Shown here one piece after another: positions 8,353-17,205 of a stretch of DNA of 64,000 nucleotides. The notes under the pieces were generated by a model. It saw nothing but the letters and a program-made list of their open reading frames with translations. It did not search any database and was not told where the DNA came from. The stretch lies in assembly GCF_053078305.1 (NCBI RefSeq), contig NZ_CP166879.1; one strand, written 5' to 3'. The first letter of the stretch is position 1. Every line of letters starts with the position of its first letter. The translations under genes and the position numbers were made by a program.

Positions 8353-9120
8353 AAAGCGAGCGGTGTTGCCAGTGGCAACAGAGTACAGAAAATAGTCAAT
8401 GGTGCCAGTGGCACCAGAGTACAAAAAATACTCAATGGTGCCAGTGGCACCATAGTATAAAAAATAGCCAATGGTGCCAGTGGTACCAGAGTACAAAAAA
8501 TAGCCAATGGTGCCAGTGGCACCAGAGTACAAAAAATAGCCAATGGTGCCAGTGGCACCATAGTATAAAAAATAGCCAATGGTGCCAGTGGCACCAGAGT
8601 ACAAAAAATAGCCAATGGTGCCAGTGGCACCAGAGTACAAAAAATAGCCAATGGTGCCAGTGGCACCATAGTATAAAAAATAGCCAATGGTGCCAGTGGC
8701 ACCAGAGTACAAAAAATAGCCAATGGTGCCAGTGGCACCATAGTATAAAAAATAGCCAATGGTGCCAGTGGCACCAGAGTACAAAAAATAGCCAATGGTG
8801 CCAGTGGCACCATAGTATAAAAAATAGCCAATGGTGCCAGTGGCAACAGAGTACAGAAAATAGTCAATGGTGCCAGTGGCACCAGAGTACAAAAAATAGT
8901 CAATGGTGCCAGTGGCACCATAGTATAAAAAATAGCCAATGGTGCCAGTGGCAGCAGAGGTTAAAAAGCGAACAGTGCAGCCAGTGGCAGCAGAGGTTAA
9001 AAAGTGAACAGTGCTGCCAGTGGCAGCAGAGATTAAAAAATGAGCAGTGCTGCCAGTGGCAACAGAGGTTAAAAAGTGAGCGGTGTTGCCAGTGGCAACA
9101 GCGATTAAAAAATAAGCGGC
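8325..9120. repeat. tandem array of 22 x 36-bp units, each with a 15-bp palindrome NNTGCCAGTGGCANN and an A-tract
   Basis: The CCAGTGG core recurs at exactly 8333+36k for k=0..21. Central units alternate two subtypes (..CAGAGTACAAAAAATAG.. and ..CATAGTATAAAAAATAG..); outer units are more diverged. Confidence 0.95.
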
Positions 9121-9192
9121 GTTAAATGTATATTCTGCCTGATTTGTTTTTTTGTTGTCGGTAATACGCAACCTGCGGACTATCTTCTGGTC

Positions 9193-9921
9193 ATGAAATC
9201 ATTCGGAGTAAACACAATGCCCCAGGAGAAAACCGGAGAAGTCAGAAAATCAGAACAAGTTGGTGCTCTGCAGTCATCGCTGACTATTGCCCTTCATACC
9301 CGATATGCGATCCGTCTCTGGGAGGGACGCAGGAATAATCAGAAGGAAGAAAAACAGGAAAAGCGGCCTGACATCATCAGTATGCCCAGGGCTATTGCGT
9401 TTGCGGGTCAGGCAACCAGAGATTCAGCCAGGGATAATCCTTATGCAGATATGATGTTAGTCAGGCTGGAAAATGCCCTGACGAAGGCAACTGAAACAAT
9501 TGAAAAGCATCTTGCGTGGCTTGACGGGATCCTTAAAAACCTGCCGGGACAGATCTCCCTTTCTGATATTAAATCCTCTTCGCCGGTAAATATTGGCGTG
9601 TACAGTAGTTCTCCGGTCGGTTATCGATGTGTATGGCTTCTGATCGGATATGATCGACTGGTCATGAAGGTATTTCAGGTATTTCATTACGGACTTATTT
9701 CCCGCACAAAACGGGATGAGTTGCTGAATCAGGGAGGGTATGCGGTACGCAGGATTTACGGGATTATTCAAAATTATAAATCAGTCAGTGTTACACGTGC
9801 TGATATTTTGTCCGGCACAGCCCGTGGAAAGGAGGCGGTTAACCGCATGGGGGAGCCGGATCCTGACGTGATGAGCGGTAAGAAACGTTCTGTTTATTCA
9901 CCACCGGTTAAAGCGGGGTGA
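9193..9921 (+). CDS. ICE conserved protein (PFL_4669/DUF3158-like)
   Basis: Position immediately upstream of topB with a 4-nt overlap. LHTRYAIRLWEGR matches my recollection of this ICE family; unverified. Alternative start at 9217. Confidence 0.45.
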   Translation: MKSFGVNTMPQEKTGEVRKSEQVGALQSSLTIALHTRYAIRLWEGRRNNQKEEKQEKRPDIISMPRAIAFAGQATRDSARDNPYADMMLVRLENALTKATETIEKHLAWLDGILKNLPGQISLSDIKSSSPVNIGVYSSSPVGYRCVWLLIGYDRLVMKVFQVFHYGLISRTKRDELLNQGGYAVRRIYGIIQNYKSVSVTRADILSGTARGKEAVNRMGEPDPDVMSGKKRSVYSPPVKAG

Positions 9922-11966
9922 GTATGCAACTCTTTCTGTGTGAAAAACCTTCTCAGGCGAAAGATATCGCCCGTGAACTGGCGCTCAGTAAGCGGGGCGA
10001 CGGATACATCGGAGATGACAATATTGCTGTCACCTGGGCGATAGGACACCTGCTGGAACTGGCTGAGCCGGAAGCTTACGGTGAACAGTTCGGTTCCCCA
10101 TGGCGTTCTGATGTGTTGCCGCTGATACCGGAACAATGGCAGATGGTGGTGAAGCCGAAGGTGAAAAAACAACTTATTGTGATCCGGGGGCTGTTAAAAC
10201 GCGCTTCTGAAGTGGTTATTGCCACAGATGCCGATCGTGAAGGAGAAGTGATAGCCAGAGAGTTGCTGGAGTACTGTCAGTACAGAGGGCGTGTCAGGCG
10301 TCTGTGGTTATCTGCACTGGATGAGGCCAGTATCAGGAAGGCGCTGAATAATATTCTCCCGGGCGAACAGACTGCGCTTCTCAGTGAAGCCGGTAAGGGG
10401 CGTGCCCGGGCTGACTGGCTGACAGGGATGAATCTGACCCGGTTGTATACCCTGAAGGCACGGGAACGTGGAATTTCTGGGGTTTTGTCAGTGGGCCGGG
10501 TGCAGACACCCACGCTGGCAATGGTGGTCAGACGGGATCAGGAGATCGCCACATTTGTGCCGGTTTCCTGGTGGCAGGTGATTGTCTGGCTGGAAAAGGA
10601 GGGGCTCCGTTTCCGCAGTAACTGGGTGGCAGCTGAGCAGTACTGCGATGATGAGGGACGTTGTGTGAATGTGCAGGCGGCCGGTGCTGTTCTCGGTCTG
10701 TGCCGTCAGCAGTCCTCTGCTGTTGTACAGGATGTTGTACAGAAGAGGGAGAAAACACCGCCACCTTTGTGTTTTTCGCTGGGAACGTTGCAGGACGCCT
10801 GTTCCCGGAAGTTTGGCATGGGGGCTCAGACCGTTCTGGATATCGCACAGTCCCTTTATGAGACTCACAAAGCAACAACTTATCCCAGGACAGACTGTGG
10901 TTATCTGCCTGCCTCGATGCATGAGGAGAGTTCTGAAGTGCTTGAGGCTGTCGGGCGTTCAGATCCGTCCGTGCTTCCACAACTGGCTGAACTGGAATCA
11001 GGACGGGTATCCCGTATCTGGAATGATAAAAAAATTACGGCTCACCATGCCATTATTCCGACCCGGCAGTTTTTTGACCTCAGCTTACTGAACGGTGATG
11101 AACTGAAGGTATATCAACTGATTCGTCAGCACTATCTGGCACAGTTTCTGCCGGAGCAGGAAGCCGATGTTACTGAGGCAACATTTGTGATTGGGGGGCA
11201 GTTATTCCGTTCCCGCGGAAGAGTGAATGTGATTATCGGGTGGAAACAGTTATTTCCACCGGAAAATCATGCAGATGAAGAAAAGCCTGACAGTGATGAA
11301 AGTGGAAACATATTGCCCCCTTTGATAAAGGGAGAACTCTGTGCTCTGGATGGTGCTGAACAGAAGGAGCTGAAAACCGTACCTCCCCGTCCTTTTACTG
11401 AAGGCAGTCTTATTACTGCGATGAAGAATGCTTCGTCTGGTGTAACGGATCCGGTGCTGAAAAAGATCCTGAGGGATAATGCGGGACTGGGAACGGAAGC
11501 CACACGCGCGGGGATCCTGGAAACGTTATTTGCGCGCAACTATATTGAGAGAGCGGGAAAACATATCCGTTCCACGCAACTGGGAAGAGAACTGGTGGCG
11601 GCATTGCCGGACTCTCTGACAAATCCGGGTATGACGGCTTTATGGGAACAGGCGCTGGATGATGTTGCCCGGGGGAAAATCTCACTGGAGGCGTTTATGG
11701 AGAAACAGCATCAGTGGATCAGGCACCTGGTGTTATCCGGACGTAACCAGACGGTTAATCTGTCAGTGGAATCAGGTCCTTCATGTCCACTCTGTAACGG
11801 TCCGACGGTGAAACGGAAGGGAAAAAGCGGTTTTTTCTGGGGATGCTCCCGTTATCCCGACTGCAGGGGAATTGCTGGTGAGCAGGGAAACAGCAGGGGC
11901 AGGAAAAGAAAAATTAATTTTTCTCATAAACAAAAATCTGGTGATGTCGGAGACAAACTGAATTAA
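9918..11966 (+). CDS. topB: DNA topoisomerase III
   Basis: TOPRIM N-terminus MQLFLCEKPSQAKDIA, DADREGE motif, active-site TTYPRTDC, C-terminal zinc ribbon CPLCNG...CSRYPDC. Confidence 0.9.
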   Translation: MSMQLFLCEKPSQAKDIARELALSKRGDGYIGDDNIAVTWAIGHLLELAEPEAYGEQFGSPWRSDVLPLIPEQWQMVVKPKVKKQLIVIRGLLKRASEVVIATDADREGEVIARELLEYCQYRGRVRRLWLSALDEASIRKALNNILPGEQTALLSEAGKGRARADWLTGMNLTRLYTLKARERGISGVLSVGRVQTPTLAMVVRRDQEIATFVPVSWWQVIVWLEKEGLRFRSNWVAAEQYCDDEGRCVNVQAAGAVLGLCRQQSSAVVQDVVQKREKTPPPLCFSLGTLQDACSRKFGMGAQTVLDIAQSLYETHKATTYPRTDCGYLPASMHEESSEVLEAVGRSDPSVLPQLAELESGRVSRIWNDKKITAHHAIIPTRQFFDLSLLNGDELKVYQLIRQHYLAQFLPEQEADVTEATFVIGGQLFRSRGRVNVIIGWKQLFPPENHADEEKPDSDESGNILPPLIKGELCALDGAEQKELKTVPPRPFTEGSLITAMKNASSGVTDPVLKKILRDNAGLGTEATRAGILETLFARNYIERAGKHIRSTQLGRELVAALPDSLTNPGMTALWEQALDDVARGKISLEAFMEKQHQWIRHLVLSGRNQTVNLSVESGPSCPLCNGPTVKRKGKSGFFWGCSRYPDCRGIAGEQGNSRGRKRKINFSHKQKSGDVGDKLN

Positions 11967-12148
11967 AATTGCGGGCGAGTTCTGGTATCACCCTGTTGAC
12001 CACAGTGGGGCTGACAGCCCTGAGAGGTCCGGTAACCCGTTATGCACACGGCGGGGTTACAAGGCACATGCACTCCGTGAAAACCGTGCCGGGAGTCGCT
12101 CTCTCCGGAGAAGATGAGAATCAACACCGGGATTTGGTATCCCCCTGA

Positions 12149-12179
12149 AGCACCGGCTTGCCGGTGCTTTTTTGTTTTT
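12149..12179 (+). terminator. intrinsic terminator after topB
   Basis: AGCACCGGC-TT-GCCGGTGCT stem followed by TTTTTTGTTTTT. Confidence 0.7.
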
Positions 12180-12232
12180 GGTTAGCTGTTGACTTTTTCC
12201 ATCAGTGATTTCAGTCTGTCCGGGCACATAAC

Positions 12233-12515
12233 GTCGCTCCGGCGACCACCAATGCTCCACAAGTGGCCTGAGAGGAGCGCCTTCGGGTGGCTACATGTCG
12301 CTTCGGCGACCACCAATGCTCCATAAGTGGTCTGAGAGGAGCGCCTTCGGGTGACCACATCCCGCTTCGGTGGGCACCAATGTTCCGTTGATCTGAGAGG
12401 AACGCCTTCGGGTGATCAACACCCCCGTAACCTGAAAGGGGATGTGCAGCCAGGATGTTTCTGGTGGTGGTAAATCTGCCCACCTTTGAGAGCAGATATC
12501 GTCAGTCATGACGAT
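12233..12515 (+). ncRNA. STAXI-type repeated-pseudoknot element, copy 1 (three 64-nt modules plus a conserved ~90-nt tail)
   Basis: Modules start at 12233, 12297 and 12361. Each has a tetraloop hairpin (GTCGC-TTCG-GCGAC), CCAAT, and a pseudoknot with covarying stems. G-U pairs are only possible in the + sense. Confidence 0.7.
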
Positions 12516-12644
12516 GAAGGTTTTCTTTAACTGTTACTGAGTCAGCCGGAATAGTTCTGTTCCGGCTCCCTGACGGGAATATCACAACCCGTCAGGGATG
12601 ATGATGTTCTCTGTCTTTCCGATACTGAGAATGGAGATATCATT

Positions 12645-13112
12645 ATGACTGCAAATACTTCTTCTGCAAACGCTAAAACTGAGTACTTCAATCTGACACT
12701 GAAAGGCCTGGGGTATCTCAGCAACATTCGTCAGGTTAATCATCAGAACGGGACATTTCTCAGTTGTGTTGTGAATGCACTGAGTGGTCCGACGGACAGC
12801 CCGTCCTATGTGCGTTTTGATGTGACGGTTGCCGGTAAAGAGGCAACTTCCCTGATTGCCCGCTGCCAGAAAGCGGTGGATGAAGATCGCAAGGTGCTGA
12901 TTGGTTTTACCATGAGCAACCCCTCTACTGACATTTTTACCCTTAACCGGGGTGAACATGCCGGTGAGCAACGCGTCAGTCTGAAAGCCCGCCTGATCAA
13001 GGTGGAGTGGATCAAAATAGGCCAGGACATGGTTTATAAGACTGAAAAATCGGAATCCATACCGCCACAGAATGGCAATACCCCGCGGGAATACGCAGAA
13101 AATTCTTTCTGA
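12645..13112 (+). CDS. DUF3577 / STY4534-like ICE replication-associated protein
   Basis: YFNLTLKGLGYLSNIRQV... matches my recollection of this family. Located upstream of ssb, as in related islands. Confidence 0.5.
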   Translation: MTANTSSANAKTEYFNLTLKGLGYLSNIRQVNHQNGTFLSCVVNALSGPTDSPSYVRFDVTVAGKEATSLIARCQKAVDEDRKVLIGFTMSNPSTDIFTLNRGEHAGEQRVSLKARLIKVEWIKIGQDMVYKTEKSESIPPQNGNTPREYAENSF

Positions 13113-13130
13113 TCGTATTTTTCAACTCAA

Positions 13131-13176
13131 CCTCCCTGATGAAAACAGACCAACCATCAGGGAGGTCTGTTTTCTT
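13131..13176 (+). terminator. intrinsic terminator
   Basis: 11-bp stem CCTCCCTGATG / CATCAGGGAGG followed by TCTGTTTTCTT. Confidence 0.6.
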
Positions 13177-13202
13177 ATCGTTTAACTTTAAGGAAACATG
13201 TT

Positions 13203-13406
13203 ATGAAACCGACAAGCGGAATTCTGGCCGCCAAAGCGGGCTATACCTTACCTCTGCAGATCCTCAGCAGTGCTCGTGGTTATTATATTGGTACTCAGTG
13301 CGACGAAGGGCCTGTGTCCCGGGAATCCGAAGAGTATTTCAGAAATTATGAGCAGGCAGTCCGGGCTCTGGAAAACGGCATCTGGACTCAGCGTGAATGT
13401 GTGTGA
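13203..13406 (+). CDS. hypothetical protein (67 aa)
   Basis: Track ORF with RBS TAAGGAAA. No motif recognised. Confidence 0.45.
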   Translation: MKPTSGILAAKAGYTLPLQILSSARGYYIGTQCDEGPVSRESEEYFRNYEQAVRALENGIWTQRECV

Positions 13407-13421
13407 GGATAAGGAGTTGTT

Positions 13422-13982
13422 ATGGCATCGCGTGGAGTGAATAAAGTCATACTGATTGGTCATCTGGGACAGGATCCGGAAATCCGTTATTTCCCCAACG
13501 GCGGAGGTGCAGTGGCAAATCTGACGCTGGCCACCACTGATACCTGGCGTGATAAACAGAGCGGTGAAATGAAGGAACACACTGAATGGCACCGTGTTGT
13601 GATTTACGGAAAACTGGCTGAGATTGCCGGTGAATACCTTCGTAAAGGTTCACAGGTGTATATTGAAGGTCAGTTAAGAACCCGGAAGTGGTTCGATCAG
13701 CAGAATGGTGTTGATCGTTATTCCACGGAAGTTGTTGTGAGTGTCAATGGTACCCTGCAGATGCTGGGGTCTCCGCGTCAGCAGCAGGGGGGTGGAAATG
13801 TTTCATCTGCTCCTGCTCAGGGAGGATGGGGACAACCACCACAAAATGCACAACAATCAACGGGAAAAAACGGTCAGGCTTCCTCAGGAAGCGGGGGAAT
13901 GCCGCCGATGGACTTTGACGATGATATCCCCTTTATGGGGCGTGGGTATGGCGTTGAACGACGGATTATCCATGTCATCTGA
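13422..13982 (+). CDS. ssb: single-stranded DNA-binding protein with a 15-aa extension after the DDDIPF tip
   Basis: OB-fold N-terminus [28 protein letters not shown]...TEWHRVV, Gly/Gln-rich linker, MDFDDDIPF followed by [15 protein letters not shown]. Confidence 0.9.
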   Translation: MASRGVNKVILIGHLGQDPEIRYFPNGGGAVANLTLATTDTWRDKQSGEMKEHTEWHRVVIYGKLAEIAGEYLRKGSQVYIEGQLRTRKWFDQQNGVDRYSTEVVVSVNGTLQMLGSPRQQQGGGNVSSAPAQGGWGQPPQNAQQSTGKNGQASSGSGGMPPMDFDDDIPFMGRGYGVERRIIHVI

Positions 13983-14030
13983 TGTTAACCACGGGGCTTA
14001 CCGCCCCACTTTTAATTCAAGGAGGCGGTT

Positions 14031-14951
14031 GTGAATGAAAACACACCCACTACCCCCACGCCACATGATGCGGCGTTCAGAGCGATGATGGAATGTCCCT
14101 CTGTTGCGAGGGATTTCCTGAAAGGCGCGTTGCCCCCGGAACAACTGAACCGGTGCGATATGAACACCCTGCAACTGGAGCCGACCACGTTTGTGGATCC
14201 GGATCTTCGCCAGTTTGCCTGTGATGTTCTGTGGAGTATGAAAACCACAGATGGCAGGGATGGATACATTTATACGCTGACAGAGCACCAGAGCAAGGCG
14301 GATAAGTATATGGCCCTGCGAATGATGCGCTATGTTCTGGCGGTGATACATCGCCACCTGAAAGCACATGCGTGTGCTCCCGTTGTGATACCGGTGCTTT
14401 TTTACCATGGTGTACCCAGTCCTTATCCATACAGCATGAACTGGCCTGACTGTCTGGATGATCCGGCGTTTGGTCGGGAGCTTTATGGAGAAGGCAGGCC
14501 ACCCAGGGTGATTGATGTCGGTCTTCTTGATGATGAGGGTATCCGTCGCTATAAGCAGATGGCTGCGCTGATGCTTATGATGAAGCTCCGGCAGAAGAAA
14601 GTGGATCTGATGGTTCATCTTGACTTTTTGTCACAGTTGATTCAGATACAGGAAACACACACTCAGGTGGTGACATTGTTTAACTATATGGTGAAAGAAT
14701 GTGATTCAGCTTCACCTGAATTTATACGGGCGATGGCAGAACGTCTGCCAAGACATGAGGATGATCTAATGACTATTGCTGAACGACTGGAACTGGCTGG
14801 TATCGAAAAGGGCCGCCAGGAGGAGAGAGAAAAGGCTCTTCAGGAGAATTACGCATCGGCCCGTCGCATGCAGCAGATGGGTATATCGTCAGAGAAAATC
14901 AAAGAAATACTGCAGTTCTCGGATGATGATTTGCGTAATGCTCTCCGGTAA
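14031..14951 (+). CDS. Rpn (YhgA-like) PD-(D/E)XK recombination-promoting nuclease
   Basis: N-terminus PHDAAFRAMM...ARDFL, nuclease core CDVLWSMK...IYTLTEHQSK. GTG start after AAGGAGG. Confidence 0.8.
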   Translation: MNENTPTTPTPHDAAFRAMMECPSVARDFLKGALPPEQLNRCDMNTLQLEPTTFVDPDLRQFACDVLWSMKTTDGRDGYIYTLTEHQSKADKYMALRMMRYVLAVIHRHLKAHACAPVVIPVLFYHGVPSPYPYSMNWPDCLDDPAFGRELYGEGRPPRVIDVGLLDDEGIRRYKQMAALMLMMKLRQKKVDLMVHLDFLSQLIQIQETHTQVVTLFNYMVKECDSASPEFIRAMAERLPRHEDDLMTIAERLELAGIEKGRQEEREKALQENYASARRMQQMGISSEKIKEILQFSDDDLRNALR

Positions 14952-15019
14952 TCGGTAATTTATGTTAACCGCAGGATTGTGACATATTTGTTATGTTGCT
15001 TTCCTTCCTGTCAACAAAG

Positions 15020-15047
15020 CGCCTGCATGTCTGCAGGCGTTTTTTTT
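15020..15047 (+). terminator. intrinsic terminator after rpn
   Basis: CGCCTGCA-TGTC-TGCAGGCG followed by T8. Confidence 0.8.
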
Positions 15048-15136
15048 CGCCAGCGGGTAATGAGTTGTTCATTGAGCCAGCCCCGTCTTCTTCTGCACAT
15101 TGACCTCTGATTTATCACTGCAGAGGTAAATACCCG

Positions 15137-15736
15137 ATGAAAAAACGCTTTATCCTGTCCGGACTGACAGTCTGCCTCCTGATGGCGGGATGTCAGGGCA
15201 CTCAGAAACTACAGCAACGGGATGCGGCCATGCCGGTACCGTCGGTCACAGTAAACCGTAATGTACAGCCTGCCAGCCCGGATGTGTATTCACAGGCACC
15301 GGAGGTGGTGCGCTATGACCGTTACCTGCTGGTCAGCACAGAGCCGCAGGCTGTACAGCGTGATCCACTTTCTCAGGTGATCGACATTCGCATTCCCTCC
15401 TCCCTGAAACCCACGGTGGCCGATGCCATGCGTTATGCCCTGAAACAGTCCGGTTACACGCTCTGCGCCACCGGACCGGCCAACGGCGTGCTGTACCGTC
15501 AGCCTCTGCCGGCGGTGCAGTATCAGCCAGGACCACTGAGACTGCGTACTGCCCTGCAGTTAATGGCGGGGCCGGCATGGCAACTGGAAGTGGATGATGT
15601 GCAGAGGGTGGTCTGCCACAGTCTGCGTGACGGTTACCAGTTACCGGTCAGCCAGCTGGCTCCTGTTCCGGTCACCGTTCCTTTTGTGGGTCGTGAACCG
15701 GGTGTGAAGGCAACAGGAGGGTTTCTGAAAAAATGA
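15137..15736 (+). CDS. pilL: PilL-like lipoprotein of the ICE transfer region
   Basis: Lipobox LLMAGC. First gene of the transfer cluster, as in PAPI-1/SPI-7-type elements. Family call from memory. Confidence 0.55.
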   Translation: MKKRFILSGLTVCLLMAGCQGTQKLQQRDAAMPVPSVTVNRNVQPASPDVYSQAPEVVRYDRYLLVSTEPQAVQRDPLSQVIDIRIPSSLKPTVADAMRYALKQSGYTLCATGPANGVLYRQPLPAVQYQPGPLRLRTALQLMAGPAWQLEVDDVQRVVCHSLRDGYQLPVSQLAPVPVTVPFVGREPGVKATGGFLKK

Positions 15737-16482
15737 GTGAGAAACAGCCGCAGATACCGGAGGGTGCGTCTGGTATGTCGCCGGAGCGAAGAAAAAGTCG
15801 TTTCCCCGGCGTGTTGATACTGTCTGTCACTGTGGGGCTGGTCATGGGGGCAGTGGTATATGGCGTACTGATGCTTATGACCGGTCTTGACAGCCGGATC
15901 ACGACCCTGGAAGGCCAGAGAAGAGAAATGCTTTCTGCGTCAGAACTCGCGCCCCTGAGAATGAAACTGACAGAGACGGAGAAGCAACTGAAGGATATGG
16001 AAAAGCGCCTGGCAGTCCTGGAGCAGCAGCCCGTGCTGACAGCATCCTGGAAGGAACAACTGGAGAATCTGCCGGAGATGCTGGAGCAGATTGAGTCTGC
16101 CCGGGAAAAGCTTTCCCTGAGACTGGATACACTCAGCGGTCTGGTGGAGAAAATGCAGAAAGTACCGGAGTCACCGTCACAGCCGGACAGCAGGAAAGCG
16201 GGGATGAAAAAAACGGAGGAGAAAAAGCCCGCTCCGGTGACGTCCTCCCGTAAATCCCGCGCAGTTCATACAGTTCGGCAGGCTCCTTTTGTGCTGACCG
16301 GGACAGAGCTGCGCGGTGGCAGTACCCGTGCAGCCGTGGCTCCCCGGGGGTATACCAGCCTCTCTCAGGTGGCTCTGCTGGGTGAAGGAGAGAGTGTGGC
16401 CGGGTGGACGCTTGTGTATGCCGGCCATGGTGAAGCAACGTTCCGGGTGAATGGTCGTCAGACGGTGCTCAGGGTGGAGTAG
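15733..16482 (+). CDS. ICE transfer-region membrane/coiled-coil protein
   Basis: One TM segment (VLILSVTVGLVMGAVVYGVLMLM) followed by a coiled coil. 4-nt overlap with pilL. Confidence 0.5.
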   Translation: MSEKQPQIPEGASGMSPERRKSRFPGVLILSVTVGLVMGAVVYGVLMLMTGLDSRITTLEGQRREMLSASELAPLRMKLTETEKQLKDMEKRLAVLEQQPVLTASWKEQLENLPEMLEQIESAREKLSLRLDTLSGLVEKMQKVPESPSQPDSRKAGMKKTEEKKPAPVTSSRKSRAVHTVRQAPFVLTGTELRGGSTRAAVAPRGYTSLSQVALLGEGESVAGWTLVYAGHGEATFRVNGRQTVLRVE

Positions 16483-17205
16483 ATGATGAAGCGAAAAATA
16501 CTGTATCTGCTGGCACTGTGCCCCGTTCTGGCTCAGTCTGCCGGGCAGACGAATATGTCGTCAGAGGCGCAACGGACGACCGGTACGGTGGTGACGCAGA
16601 GTACCACATCCGGACTTCAGCAGCAGGCCGGGCAGTGGGGGGTGAGTGAGGAGGATTACCGGCGTTATCAGTCACTGATGTCCGGCCCCCGGGGGATACA
16701 GTCTCCCGGACTTGATCCGCTGACGGTACTCGGTATAGAGGCCAGAACGCCGGCAGAGCGACGTGTCTGGGCCGAAAAGTGGGTCAGGGCTGAATATGAA
16801 CGAACAGAGAAGGAGCTGGCGTTTCAGCAGGAGGTGAATGCGGCCTGGAAGCGCCTGTATCCCGGTATGTTGCCTGTCAGTATGGGAAAAACAGGAGCAC
16901 TTACCGGAGATACGGGGGGACGGCTGGCGCTGTTTGTGAAGGCGAAGGAATGTGGCACCTGTGATGCCCGTCTTGCCTCCGTACTGGCCACGGGACGGCA
17001 GGTTGATATCTACCTTGTCGACAGTCAGGGAAAGGATGAGATTCTGCGTCAGTGGGCGCATGCGCACAGCATACCTGTGGAGAAAGTTCGCAGCCGTCAT
17101 ATCACCCTGAATCATGATGCCGGACGCTGGCTGCGTTTTGGTGAAGGAAAAATGCCGGTGGTACTGCAGCAGGGGGCTGACGGATGGCGCGTGGCGGCAT
17201 TCTGA
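16483..17205 (+). CDS. periplasmic ICE protein with a CXXC (thioredoxin-like) motif
   Basis: Signal peptide MMKRKILYLLALCPVLAQSA; KECGTCD motif. Confidence 0.5.
   Translation: MMKRKILYLLALCPVLAQSAGQTNMSSEAQRTTGTVVTQSTTSGLQQQAGQWGVSEEDYRRYQSLMSGPRGIQSPGLDPLTVLGIEARTPAERRVWAEKWVRAEYERTEKELAFQQEVNAAWKRLYPGMLPVSMGKTGALTGDTGGRLALFVKAKECGTCDARLASVLATGRQVDIYLVDSQGKDEILRQWAHAHSIPVEKVRSRHITLNHDAGRWLRFGEGKMPVVLQQGADGWRVAAF

Noticed and set aside
8325-9120. CRISPR array
   Set aside because: The 36-bp period consists of one repeat unit with no unique spacers, and no cas genes are present.
8278-9171. Long minus-strand ORFs (297 aa and 196 aa) encoding 12-aa repeats such as GATGTIGYFLYS
   Set aside because: They exist only because the 36-bp unit (a multiple of 3) has no stop codon in two frames. 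There is no RBS or start context, two overlapping frames are equally open, and the palindromic compensatory changes point to selection at the DNA level.
12211-12509. Conserved minus-strand ORFs MGRFTTTRNILAAHPLSGYGG... and MTDDICSQRWADLPPPETSW..., seen three times (also 56539-56816 and 58569-59083)
   Set aside because: They lie antisense to the STAXI-type structured elements, and two overlapping frames are open simultaneously. The internal 64-nt modular repeats and stem covariation explain the conservation, and there is no RBS.
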